IMG/VR virus record: IMGVR_UViG_3300037247_000747
Location: 1 to 61,457 of that record
Source of the DNA: a virus
Taxonomy: Duplodnaviria; Caudoviricetes
Length of the DNA stretch: 61,457 bases
Strand: one strand, 5' to 3'
This document shows positions 47,798-56,143 of this stretch, piece by piece. Within the stretch, counting starts at the first letter, position 1, and the number at the start of each line of letters is the position of its first letter. The notes under the pieces are model-generated. The model was not told the DNA's origin. It did no database searches and worked only from the letters and a program-made list of their open reading frames with translations. A program made the position numbers and the translations under genes.

Positions 47798-47952
47798 AAG
47801 CTCTCCTTATAAATGTGGTTAAAGTCAAAGCGGCCTTGCATCGCTTTCTGCATGAAATGTATATCCCCTTGCGCTCACGAGCGTTGCTTGGTTGGCTGGG
47901 TTTAGCCGCATAAACCCCTGAAGGACGCGCAAGGGCGGGTTGTTTAAAATAG

Positions 47953-48333
47953 TTAGCCATGTTGTTTACTAAATCCTTGTCGTTTAAATCCTGTCATTTC
48001 ATGATATTCTTTTAGCAATTCATTCATATTATCTTCAGGATTTACGCAATATTTTAATTCAATTAGATTCATTGCTATTTCAGCACATTTTTCACAGTGA
48101 TAATATGGCGCAATTTGTACAATATCACCGGAAATCCTTTCTTCTATATCAGAAAGAGGACGCCTACACCTTTCGAATTCGATACAGCAAGCTCCTATAT
48201 CTATTAGTTCATCACAGCTCTTACATCTTTTTCTCCGCTTCCTATTCAAAGTTGTAAAATCATCAGGATAATAATACCATTCCTCAAAATCATCTTGATC
48301 TTGATCAAAATCACAACTGCATGATAAACTCAT
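47953..48333 (-). CDS. Cys-rich hypothetical protein
   Basis: CSC, CKSC and CEKC motifs; AAGGA RBS. Confidence 0.6.
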   Translation of the reverse strand: MSLSCSCDFDQDQDDFEEWYYYPDDFTTLNRKRRKRCKSCDELIDIGACCIEFERCRRPLSDIEERISGDIVQIAPYYHCEKCAEIAMNLIELKYCVNPEDNMNELLKEYHEMTGFKRQGFSKQHG

Positions 48334-48375
48334 AACAATTCCTTAAACATACCTTTCCTCCTGATTTTTAAAGGT

Positions 48376-48509
48376 TGGGCCAACAAGAGATTCGAACTCC
48401 TAACCTTCTTCAAAACGGTCTTACAGAGAGCCTACCTTGTAAGAATGGATTTTTTAAGGCTATCCATGTATACAGTTTACTCAAAGGCCTGCACCGAGCA
48501 TGTTGACCC
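48376..48509 (-). ncRNA. tRNA-like RNA with extra arms
   Basis: Acceptor-like stem GGGTCAAC/GTTGGCCC, T-arm AGGAG-TTCGAAT-CTCTT and three internal hairpins. Confidence 0.65.
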
Positions 48510-48674
48510 ATATGTATTGTTTAATCAGATTAATAATCACCCTTTACTGATCCGCTATATAATAGCAGATGCTTCAAGGATTGCCAATTTTCCAGAGTTT
48601 ACATTACAACACTTTCTGTTGAGATAACTGTTCGGGCCTGTACTTTGGCTTGATTACTTTTGATCATGTGTGTC

Positions 48675-48702
48675 AGTTTACATCATGTTAACGTGATGTC
48701 AA
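48675..48702 (-). promoter_or_regulatory. Leftward sigma70-type promoter overlapping a near-palindromic operator
   Basis: TTGACA-16-TAAACT on the minus strand; the spacer is part of acatcatgttaacgtgatgt. Confidence 0.7.
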
Positions 48703-48730
48703 GTACAAAATAGCATGTTGTTAATATTTC

Positions 48731-48759
48731 TTGACATGCTTTTATTTGTGTTTTAGGAT
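48731..48759 (+). promoter_or_regulatory. Rightward sigma70-type promoter (probably leaderless transcript)
   Basis: TTGACA-17-TAGGAT, with only 6 nt before ATG 48766. Confidence 0.75.
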
Positions 48760-48765
48760 CTGCCT

Positions 48766-48951
48766 ATGAAATTTCATAAATACGTAAAACAAACAGGAAA
48801 GAAGCGATCTGTTGTGGCCAAGGAACTTAATATCTCAAAACCATACTTATCTATGCTTTTAAACGGCAAGAGAAAGCCCTCAGCAGATCTATGCGTAAGG
48901 ATAGAGGACTGGTCAAAGATGGACGTCATTTCCCGGGAACTAAGAAGATAA
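48766..48951 (+). CDS. Cro-like XRE HTH regulator
   Basis: VAKELNISKPYLSMLLNGKRKPS. Confidence 0.85.
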   Translation: MKFHKYVKQTGKKRSVVAKELNISKPYLSMLLNGKRKPSADLCVRIEDWSKMDVISRELRR

Positions 48952-49607
48952 TGCAAAAGATGTTTCGCTGTATAAAACTTGATCACAGCCCTTTGATGCG
49001 TAAGAGATGCATTGAAAGGCAGGAAATCAACCTCTTCCAAATTAAATACCCTTTTTTACAGGTGCTTTACCCTGAATGCACTAAAAAGTGTGAGCAGGGA
49101 AAAACCATTAGAGAAGAATTGGGGATTAAAAAAATTATGGCAAAAGATCAATGTAAAGAGCCAGAATGTGATGCGCCGGCAGAATTAAAAGGGCGGTGTA
49201 AGAAATGTTACCACAAAAAACGCTACAAGGAGAAGAAAGCTATGGAAAAATCAAAAGAAGACCGCAAAAAATCTATGTCTCTGCTGAACGATTTAGAGAA
49301 AGAGATTGATGGTGTTGATGAAGAGTTTCCTCGTCTTAATGAAGAGTTTCTTTCAGATAAAACATCTTCGCATGAAGAAAAGGGAAAAATTATGCATGAG
49401 TCTAACCAAACACTTTCCGAAAGAAGGACAGTGCTGAAAGTCCCAGCTGGGAGAGTGATCATTGTGGATTTCGATTATCTCAAGCGCCCTGAACTATATG
49501 ATGCATTGCTCAAGATAGCAGAAAAGAACCTACGGCCCCCAGATATGCATCTGGCCAAAATGGTTGAGGACAGTATTTTGATAAATAAAGATCCAGATTT
49601 CACCTAA
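48951..49607 (+). CDS. Hypothetical Cys-containing protein
   Basis: TAATG-coupled to the HTH gene; CxxxxC...CxxC motif. Confidence 0.55.
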   Translation: MQKMFRCIKLDHSPLMRKRCIERQEINLFQIKYPFLQVLYPECTKKCEQGKTIREELGIKKIMAKDQCKEPECDAPAELKGRCKKCYHKKRYKEKKAMEKSKEDRKKSMSLLNDLEKEIDGVDEEFPRLNEEFLSDKTSSHEEKGKIMHESNQTLSERRTVLKVPAGRVIIVDFDYLKRPELYDALLKIAEKNLRPPDMHLAKMVEDSILINKDPDFT

Positions 49608-49781
49608 ACCACTGTGGTGAGTTGTGAAATACAAAGAGATAAAGACCATCATCTGTGAGCCCTGCTTAAAAGGTGAGGGTGAAATGTGCGATTCTCATTG
49701 CTGTGCTTTATTTTTACATAAAGTTGATATTCCCATCCATGAAAAAGTTTATGAAGTTGTGAGAGAGTTTGAGGATGTTTA

Positions 49782-50615
49782 ATGAAGGGTGATAAAGGTA
49801 AGGCTCCTACATTCCAGTTTTATGTAAAAGACTGGCTCAGTGATGAAAAACTCATGGCTGCATCTTTCTCAACTCAAGCGATTTGGTTAAAAATAATGTT
49901 CTTCATGTGGCTCGATAATAAATCACACGAATTAAAAAGAAAACCTAAACATCTTATCAATATGCTCGGGTGTACAAAAGAAACGTTGGATGAATTTTTT
50001 ATGGATGCCATAGATTTGAATTTTTGTGATATTAAATTTGATTTTTTTAAAGAAAACGATAAATTTTCTATTGATAATGTCCACCTTGTCCGTATGGTGT
50101 CCAGGCGTTTTAAAAAAGACAATTTAAAACGTGCAAAGTGGGCAGTACAAAAGGCTGGACAGAGGAAGGATGATGATAAAAAAGAAGATGTCCAGGGTGT
50201 GTCTGATGAAAGTCCACCCTTACCTCCTATTCCACCTCCTATTCCACCTGCAAAGATAAAAGATATACATATGTGCCCTTACCTCCAAATAATCGAAATT
50301 TACCACACAACACTTCCGAGCCTACCTGAAGTTAGTTTAAGCGATAATTTAAAAAAGAGAATCAAGGCCAGATGGAAAGAGCACAAAGTTCTTTCTTGGT
50401 GGCAATGGTACTTCGATGGTGTTTCAGAATGTCCTTACCTCATAGGCAAGGTTAACGACTGGGCAGCTAACTTTCATTGGCTACTCGGACCCAAAAATAT
50501 GACAAAGGTTTTAAACGGTCAGTATGTAGACCGCAAGAATATGAAAGAGAAACAGATTTTTGATAATTTTGATAAATGGCTTAAGGAGCGTGCAAATGGA
50601 ATTTCAGGACAATGA
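49782..50615 (+). CDS. Replication initiator (YdaU/DUF1376-like N-terminus)
   Basis: PTFQFYVKDWLSD N-terminus and FHWLL...KVLNGQY C-terminus; internal repeats. Confidence 0.75.
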   Translation: MKGDKGKAPTFQFYVKDWLSDEKLMAASFSTQAIWLKIMFFMWLDNKSHELKRKPKHLINMLGCTKETLDEFFMDAIDLNFCDIKFDFFKENDKFSIDNVHLVRMVSRRFKKDNLKRAKWAVQKAGQRKDDDKKEDVQGVSDESPPLPPIPPPIPPAKIKDIHMCPYLQIIEIYHTTLPSLPEVSLSDNLKKRIKARWKEHKVLSWWQWYFDGVSECPYLIGKVNDWAANFHWLLGPKNMTKVLNGQYVDRKNMKEKQIFDNFDKWLKERANGISGQ

Positions 50616-51198
50616 GAGATTTAAGGCTGCAATAAAGACACTTGCCCTAAATGCCGGAGTTGAGATCGAGGAAGATAAGCTTAAAATCTATTTTATGGCA
50701 TTAGAAGAATTTGAGATTGATCAGGTTGAAAAATCCTGCGCTATGATCCTGCGTACCTGGAAATATAACACCATGCCCACTGTAGCGCATATCATCGAAG
50801 GCGTGGAGGGACAGCAGCCTAATCTTGAGGATAAGGCAATGGTCTGCGCCAATAAAGTGATTGAGCACTTAAGGATACATGGGAGAACAAAAGAGCTTGA
50901 GGGAGCTCTTGATGATCCTGTAGCCATGCAGCTTATGACAAGACGCTGGCCGTATTACAATTGGGCTCAAATAATTTTAGAAGAGGATCTTAAGTGGTGG
51001 GTAAAAGATTTTTGCGCAGCTTATGTAGCTGAGGTAAAGTCTGACAACATTGAAATACCTCATACCGCTAAACCGTTAATCGATAATTTGACCAAAAAAG
51101 TAGAAGAAAAAAAAGATAAGTGTAAGAAATGTCATGGACTCCATAAGAGCGGTGTTTCCTGTAAAGAATACGCCGCCGCTGTGGCTGGAAAAGTTTAA
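50596..51198 (+). CDS. Putative helicase loader/inhibitor-like partner of the initiator
   Basis: IYFMALEEF...MPTVAHI pattern; follows the initiator. Confidence 0.55.
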   Translation: MEFQDNERFKAAIKTLALNAGVEIEEDKLKIYFMALEEFEIDQVEKSCAMILRTWKYNTMPTVAHIIEGVEGQQPNLEDKAMVCANKVIEHLRIHGRTKELEGALDDPVAMQLMTRRWPYYNWAQIILEEDLKWWVKDFCAAYVAEVKSDNIEIPHTAKPLIDNLTKKVEEKKDKCKKCHGLHKSGVSCKEYAAAVAGKV

Positions 51199-51233
51199 GA
51201 GCCTGGCAGGTAAATTGACAAAGGAGATTTGAG

Positions 51234-51419
51234 ATGAATGAAAAACTTACAGATGAATATCTCAATAAGGCTATCTATGTTTGCGATGTTTGCTTGCAGG
51301 CAAGTTGCCTACAAGGCATATTTATGTGTGAACAGGCTTATGGTGCTGGCATGACCACAAGAACACGTAGTGAATTAATAAAATTAGGTAAAGAGAATGA
51401 AGATTACATGCATAACTGA
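51234..51419 (+). CDS. Small Cys-rich protein
   Basis: VCDVCLQASCLQGIFMC; GGAG RBS. Confidence 0.55.
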   Translation: MNEKLTDEYLNKAIYVCDVCLQASCLQGIFMCEQAYGAGMTTRTRSELIKLGKENEDYMHN

Positions 51420-51465
51420 TTGAGAAGCCAAATTAAAGCGTTATTATCAAACATAGGAGAGAAAA

Positions 51466-51672
51466 TTGCCTGAATTAAAAGCAAATCCAAATTGGGTGAA
51501 CCTAAACTACCAAAACATAATTTTTGCCATGATTTCAAAAGCGGTTAATGGTGTTCAGGATGAGCCGTTCCCCAGAGAAAAACAGGAGTTAGTTAATACC
51601 GCTGCTTCATGTGTGCAAGAGCTTTATTTTATTCTTGAGAAGGAGGCGGGCCTTCCGGAGGGAAAACTATGA
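51466..51672 (+). CDS. Hypothetical protein
   Basis: AGGAG RBS with a TTG start. Confidence 0.5.
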   Translation: MPELKANPNWVNLNYQNIIFAMISKAVNGVQDEPFPREKQELVNTAASCVQELYFILEKEAGLPEGKL

Positions 51673-52007
51673 AGGAAGAATTGAGGTTAAAAGTTTTTAA
51701 TAAGTATTCTGGAAGGTGCGCTTATTGTGGTTGCAAAATAACCATAAAGAATTTTCAAGTAGATCATATTTGGCCTCAACATATTGCACATCATCAAGCA
51801 GGGCTAAGCTCTCACAGGTTTGAAAATCTAAATCCATCTTGCCGTAAATGTAATAACTACAAACACGGGATGAGGCTTGAAGAATTTAGAGTAGAGTTGG
51901 GATTGCAGATTTCAAGGCTTAAAAGACATGCTCAGTTTGATAGGGCTTTAAGATATGGCCAGGTAAAAATAACAGAATCGCCAATAATTTTTTATTTTGA
52001 AAGGTAG
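51669..52007 (+). CDS. HNH endonuclease
   Basis: GRCAYCG...VDH...NLNPSCRKCN. Confidence 0.85.
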   Translation: MKEELRLKVFNKYSGRCAYCGCKITIKNFQVDHIWPQHIAHHQAGLSSHRFENLNPSCRKCNNYKHGMRLEEFRVELGLQISRLKRHAQFDRALRYGQVKITESPIIFYFER

Positions 52008-52010
52008 TCT

Positions 52011-52286
52011 ATGAATCGTGACGTAGAAGACTTCCACCGGCAAACAGACCAGATGAACGGGGAAGAACCGGAAACCCATACAGAGCATTTTGACAAGTTT
52101 ATATCCAAACCAGAATGGAAATCATACGGGTTTGGATATGAGAACGTCAAGGAGTTGGTGTTCATCCCCAAAAAGATGGTGAAGGACGGACGGATCACAG
52201 TTGCCAGGCTGGACAATGACCAGGGGTTTGATGTGACTATGCCGTTATGGTTGGCGAAAGATAAGGGGTTGGTGAACTCAAAATGA
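52011..52286 (+). CDS. Hypothetical protein
   Basis: FIPK...MPLWLAKDKGL pattern. Confidence 0.55.
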   Translation: MNRDVEDFHRQTDQMNGEEPETHTEHFDKFISKPEWKSYGFGYENVKELVFIPKKMVKDGRITVARLDNDQGFDVTMPLWLAKDKGLVNSK

Positions 52287-52436
52287 AAATATTAATAATT
52301 TTAATAGTCGCTTTAGGTTTTTGGCTTATATCAGCAGCCCGCTGCAAGTATGTTGAAAATATAGAAAACTTTAAATACGAACAGCGCAAAGAAATGTATA
52401 GAAATATGAGAAGGGCGAACCGAAAGGAGAATAGTT

Positions 52437-52649
52437 ATGATGCTTGATTTTGATGGTATAAAATCACTGTTTAAATTGTTTAATTCGGGCAAGATGATTG
52501 AACGTGGTGGCCTGGATTATGTGGGTGGTAAAAGCAAGGTGTTCGGAAAGAACAGGCGCAAGGAGCTTAAGCTTTCCTGCAAGCGCAAAATGAGGAAACT
52601 GGCAAGCCGAAGGAATAACGGGCACAGCAGAAAAAGGAGATATGCTTGA
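52437..52649 (+). CDS. Small basic protein
   Basis: AAGGAG RBS. Confidence 0.45.
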   Translation: MMLDFDGIKSLFKLFNSGKMIERGGLDYVGGKSKVFGKNRRKELKLSCKRKMRKLASRRNNGHSRKRRYA

Positions 52650-53089
52650 AAGAAACAGTCTACCCCATAATCCCAATGAAACCATCAATCCTAACAATCA
52701 ACATCCCCGGCACTCTCCGCATAAAGAAAAACAGCAAGCGGATATTTAAGAATAAGTGGCGTAAGGGCTATAAGGTGCTGCCTTCAAAGGCTTATGAACG
52801 ATGGAATGATAGGGCTCGGCTACTTATACAAGACACTTTGATTAGGCAGCAATGCAGATTATATAATGTGTTTCCGCTTGAAGGCTTATTGAGTGTTGAG
52901 GTCCACGTTTATTACAAGGGGCCGCAGATGGATTTGAGCGGAACCCTTGAGTCAATAGGCGACACCCTCGAGGGTCTTATCTGGAAAAATGACAAACAAA
53001 TAATGTCCTGGGATGGCTCAAGGCTGCATCATGATAAAGAGAATCCGAGGACCGAGGTATTCGTGGGGGGTTTTGAGTGGAACAATTAG
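52646..53089 (+). CDS. rusA: RusA-like Holliday junction resolvase
   Basis: KKNS, DLxxxxxxxxDxL...NDxQI and NPRTEV motifs. Confidence 0.75.
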   Translation: MKETVYPIIPMKPSILTINIPGTLRIKKNSKRIFKNKWRKGYKVLPSKAYERWNDRARLLIQDTLIRQQCRLYNVFPLEGLLSVEVHVYYKGPQMDLSGTLESIGDTLEGLIWKNDKQIMSWDGSRLHHDKENPRTEVFVGGFEWNN

Positions 53090-53484
53090 AACTCGACGTA
53101 ATAAAATTAGGAGGTTGTAAAATGTTCTATTGTGAAAGCTGCAGGAAAGAGAAGAAGTGGCCTCAAAGCATGTCTTTAAGTACCGGCGCATGTGAACTGT
53201 GTAAAGAAATAGGGACTTGTTATGATATTCCGAGCAAATATTTACCGGAACCAAAAACCCAAAAACCATGCTCAATGGAAGAATTTAATCGGAAATGGCA
53301 GAAGGCTATTGATGATAGAGCAAAAAGAATCAAGTTATGTAAATGGCTTACCAAAACATACAAAGAGTTGATAGATAACCATAAAATGTGCAATCACAAC
53401 AAAAGAGTTATGATAAAACCAAACCCACCTCCCAGGTATGATGACGTTTACTTTGATGGAGTGGCTTGGTTGGATAAACAATAA
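53077..53484 (+). CDS. Hypothetical Cys-containing protein
   Basis: Co-oriented; AGGAGG precedes the internal MFYC start. Confidence 0.5.
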   Translation: MEQLELDVIKLGGCKMFYCESCRKEKKWPQSMSLSTGACELCKEIGTCYDIPSKYLPEPKTQKPCSMEEFNRKWQKAIDDRAKRIKLCKWLTKTYKELIDNHKMCNHNKRVMIKPNPPPRYDDVYFDGVAWLDKQ

Positions 53485-53672
53485 TGGAATATATTTTAGT
53501 TCCAGACAACGATTCCCACTGGTATGTTATACCCCTTGAAAAACATACTGAGTGGGATAAGTGGTGTTGCCTTGATGAAAACGATGAAAAATCATGGGTT
53601 GTGCCAGAATATGCAGAGCAGGTTGGCGGGCCTCCTTTTTTGGTTAAATTTAAGCAATATCGGATTGAATAA
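53484..53672 (+). CDS. Hypothetical protein
   Basis: DNDSHWYVIP motif; TAATG-coupled. Confidence 0.55.
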   Translation: MEYILVPDNDSHWYVIPLEKHTEWDKWCCLDENDEKSWVVPEYAEQVGGPPFLVKFKQYRIE

Positions 53673-53682
53673 TGAATAAACT

Positions 53683-53965
53683 TTTTAGGTTAAAAACTGC
53701 CCAGGAACGGCATGGCATCCCAAAGGCCCCGCAGCTTAACGGCGTACCGGTCGGTCTGAGGTATCGACAGCCATGAGGCTCTTTGGTGCAATCCCAATAC
53801 GAGGTAATGTAGCGAGTGAAGTGAGAGAATGTGGTGGATGATATTAGCGTTGCTTTCTATTTATTTTTCATAGTCATCTGTATTACCTAACGCTGCACAA
53901 TATCATTTATCCATCTCTTACAATGCCCCTGGCCTACAATATCCTGGGCAGTTTTTAACTTAAAA
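53683..53965 (+). ncRNA. Fold-back structured element closed by a long inverted repeat
   Basis: Perfect 18-bp inverted repeat at 53689-53706 / 53942-53959, plus nested stems. Confidence 0.6.
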
Positions 53966-53977
53966 CAGGAGAATCAA

Positions 53978-54382
53978 ATGAAACCGATAGTTGAACTTAT
54001 CCGTCTGGAAGAAAGCAGCCAGGGAACATTTGGAGTGCTGAAAATTAATAAAGAGGTTTTCTGTGTGACGCTTGAGCCTGAAGATAGGTTAAATGTCGAA
54101 AATGTAAGCAGCATACCAGCACAGCAGTATATATGTGACCTGCACCATTCTCCTAACTTTGGTTTAACGTGGAAAGTAACAGATGTACCGGGGCGTACAG
54201 ATGTTTTATTTCATTCCGGCAACTGGGCCAGGGATACAGAGGCTTGTATCTTACTGGCCCAGTATTGGGGAAAACTCCAAGGGCATAGGGCTGTGCTTAA
54301 TTCCGGCAAAACCTTTAAACAGTTCATGGCTATCATGGACCCGTTTAGCCATTTCCATTTAACGATTAGAGAGGTTTATTAA
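53978..54382 (+). CDS. DUF5675-like protein, probable endolysin
   Basis: TFGVL...TLE, IPAxxY and VPGRTDVLFHSGN...TEACIL motifs. Confidence 0.7.
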   Translation: MKPIVELIRLEESSQGTFGVLKINKEVFCVTLEPEDRLNVENVSSIPAQQYICDLHHSPNFGLTWKVTDVPGRTDVLFHSGNWARDTEACILLAQYWGKLQGHRAVLNSGKTFKQFMAIMDPFSHFHLTIREVY

Positions 54383-54485
54383 TGCCAGAAAAGCTGATTT
54401 TGTAACTGGCTGAAATTATAACACCAAAGTCTCACCCGCTAACGGAGCGGTGACAACTAACCTTAACACTGAAAAGGAGAAACTA

Positions 54486-54746
54486 ATGGACAACCACCAA
54501 GGAGGCAAAACATGTGAGGGACCGTTAAAACTTTATGTGGGGACAAAGATTATCCAAGGGACCGAGATGGACGAGGTGACATTTTTAAAGGTTGTAAAAG
54601 GTCTACCAGTTCCAGAGACACAGGAAAGCAGGCCTGGTTACAAAGTTACATATCCAGACGGATATATATCCTGGTCCCCCAAAGAGGTTTTTGAAAACGC
54701 ATACAGGGAAATAACGCTCTCAGAGTTTGAAATGCTCGGAGTGTAA
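54486..54746 (+). CDS. Small protein resembling the N-terminal domain of DUF2829-type proteins
   Basis: YVGTKII...GYKVTYPDGYISWSPKEVFENAY; AAGGAG RBS before ATG 54486. Confidence 0.65.
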   Translation: MDNHQGGKTCEGPLKLYVGTKIIQGTEMDEVTFLKVVKGLPVPETQESRPGYKVTYPDGYISWSPKEVFENAYREITLSEFEMLGV

Positions 54747-54780
54747 AAGCATTCTTTAATAATTCATAGCACACAAAAAC

Positions 54781-54820
54781 CGGTAGGCCATAACCCACTG
54801 TGTTGTGGTCTGCCGTTTTT
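54781..54820 (+). terminator. Intrinsic terminator-like hairpin
   Basis: 14-bp stem cggtaggccataac/gttgtggtctgccg followed by TTTTT. Confidence 0.6.
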
Positions 54821-54840
54821 AACTGAAAAGGAGAATTAAA

Positions 54841-55161
54841 GTGAAACTTTTTATTATCGCTGTAATTGCTATCCATATCATATTTGGATTGGTACCAATA
54901 GTGGTGTGTGACGCTAAGGTCGTGTTGAAAGATAATGCAAAAAAAGAAGTCAAGTATGAAGTAACAATCAGCCTCACCTATAACGCCATATCAGCCAAGG
55001 ATGTGCGGGAAAAGATTGAGCAAGTCTTAAAAGATCATAAGGATACCTGTAAGACAGAGGTTAAAATTAAGAAGGGGGATAACATCGTCCAAGCTGGTGA
55101 TGGATGGACAAGCCAACCCTATCCCATTATTGATAGTGGTAATGTGCTCACATTTGACTAA
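54841..55161 (+). CDS. Membrane-anchored or exported protein
   Basis: Hydrophobic N-terminus; GTG start with AAGGAG RBS. Confidence 0.6.
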   Translation: MKLFIIAVIAIHIIFGLVPIVVCDAKVVLKDNAKKEVKYEVTISLTYNAISAKDVREKIEQVLKDHKDTCKTEVKIKKGDNIVQAGDGWTSQPYPIIDSGNVLTFD

Positions 55162-55176
55162 TGGAGGCGGGTAGTT

Positions 55177-55377
55177 ATGACAAACAAAAGCTATCTAAGC
55201 GGTGCAAAAGAAATCTGTGATTATATCCATGAGGACCGGCGCAAGATCACAGCCCTGAAACTGCAAAAAGGCCTTCCAGTTTTCCGCACAAGCGATGGTC
55301 GGAAAGCAATCTGGAAGGCCCTGGTTGCTGATCTGGATGAATGGATTTTAAAGCAGAGGAATAAGCATCTTATTTGA
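55177..55377 (+). CDS. Xis/HTH_17-like DNA-binding protein
   Basis: LSGAKEICDYI...GLPV...WKA...LDEWI winged-HTH pattern. Confidence 0.7.
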   Translation: MTNKSYLSGAKEICDYIHEDRRKITALKLQKGLPVFRTSDGRKAIWKALVADLDEWILKQRNKHLI

Positions 55378-55564
55378 TTCTATCAATCTTCTCAATAATA
55401 GCCCTGTAAACAAACTGGCTTTCAGAGATATCAAGCTTTCTGACAATCTTTGCTAAAAGTTCAGCCCGCCCAGGAGTAAGAATATAGCTTTTTTTAACTG
55501 TCCGTTTTTCAGAAGGTGCCAGCGGCTTCCGGCCAGCACCTTTTCTTTTACCGCCTCTTGTCAT
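55370..55564 (-). CDS. AT-hook plus ribbon-helix-helix DNA-binding protein
   Basis: RGGKRKGAGRKP followed by KSYIL...ISESQFVYRAI. Confidence 0.7.
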   Translation of the reverse strand: MTRGGKRKGAGRKPLAPSEKRTVKKSYILTPGRAELLAKIVRKLDISESQFVYRAIIEKIDRIK

Positions 55565-55575
55565 GCAAACCTCCT

Positions 55576-55797
55576 TTATAAAATCTCGTATTCAGCATCG
55601 TGGCTGTCCGAATCCGTCCTCACGCCTGGACCCAACATTTTTTCAAGAATGAATTGGTTGAAATCAACCTCACTCATATTACACATTTTATCTATGAGTT
55701 CCTGAGACATGCTAGCAATGCGTTCATAGCGTATAGTTTTGGTTATATTTAGCCTTACTGCTTTCATTTCTACCTCCTTTGGGTTAATATTAAACAC
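55576..55797 (-). CDS. Hypothetical protein
   Basis: AGGAGG precedes the internal MKAVR start. Confidence 0.5.
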   Translation of the reverse strand: MFNINPKEVEMKAVRLNITKTIRYERIASMSQELIDKMCNMSEVDFNQFILEKMLGPGVRTDSDSHDAEYEIL

Positions 55798-55838
55798 TCT
55801 TGTACCGGCCCAACAGAGTCAGGCCGTAACAGGAAGGT

Positions 55839-56102
55839 TTAAACTTCCTCCATATCCGGTCCGAATGAATCTATAAACTGTCTCTTAAGTGAGGCCACAC
55901 GCTTCTGTAGACACTTAGGGCAAGACTTTAGCACATGGTCTATGTCTCTAATCACAATTACCGCTTCGTCATATGTGTATCTGTGCCACCCCTTAAAGAC
56001 GATATCCATAGACACACCAACGTTTGAACCAGTAACTATATCAAATAGACTGGACTCTATAAAGATTGTAGATTCCATGTCTTTTAATTTTTGATCAAAC
56101 AT
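55839..56102 (-). CDS. Hypothetical protein, first gene of a small leftward cassette
   Basis: AAGGAG RBS before ATG 56102; lies downstream of a strong promoter. Confidence 0.55.
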   Translation of the reverse strand: MFDQKLKDMESTIFIESSLFDIVTGSNVGVSMDIVFKGWHRYTYDEAVIVIRDIDHVLKSCPKCLQKRVASLKRQFIDSFGPDMEEV

Positions 56103-56143
56103 TTCATTCTCCTTGGTTAAGGTTAAAACTACTATTAAGCCCA

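Noticed and set aside
48376-48509. Canonical tRNA, tRNA-Sec or tmRNA
   Set aside because: No 7-nt anticodon loop or UCA anticodon, too long for a tRNA, too short for tmRNA, and no G3-U pair. Kept only as tRNA-like.
53745-53780. Hammerhead ribozyme suggested by a CTGA in a stem
   Set aside because: The CUGAnGA and GAAA core elements are not both present in the required arrangement.
55177-55377. Excisionase indicating a lysogeny module
   Set aside because: No integrase or att-like context was found, so a regulatory role is more plausible.
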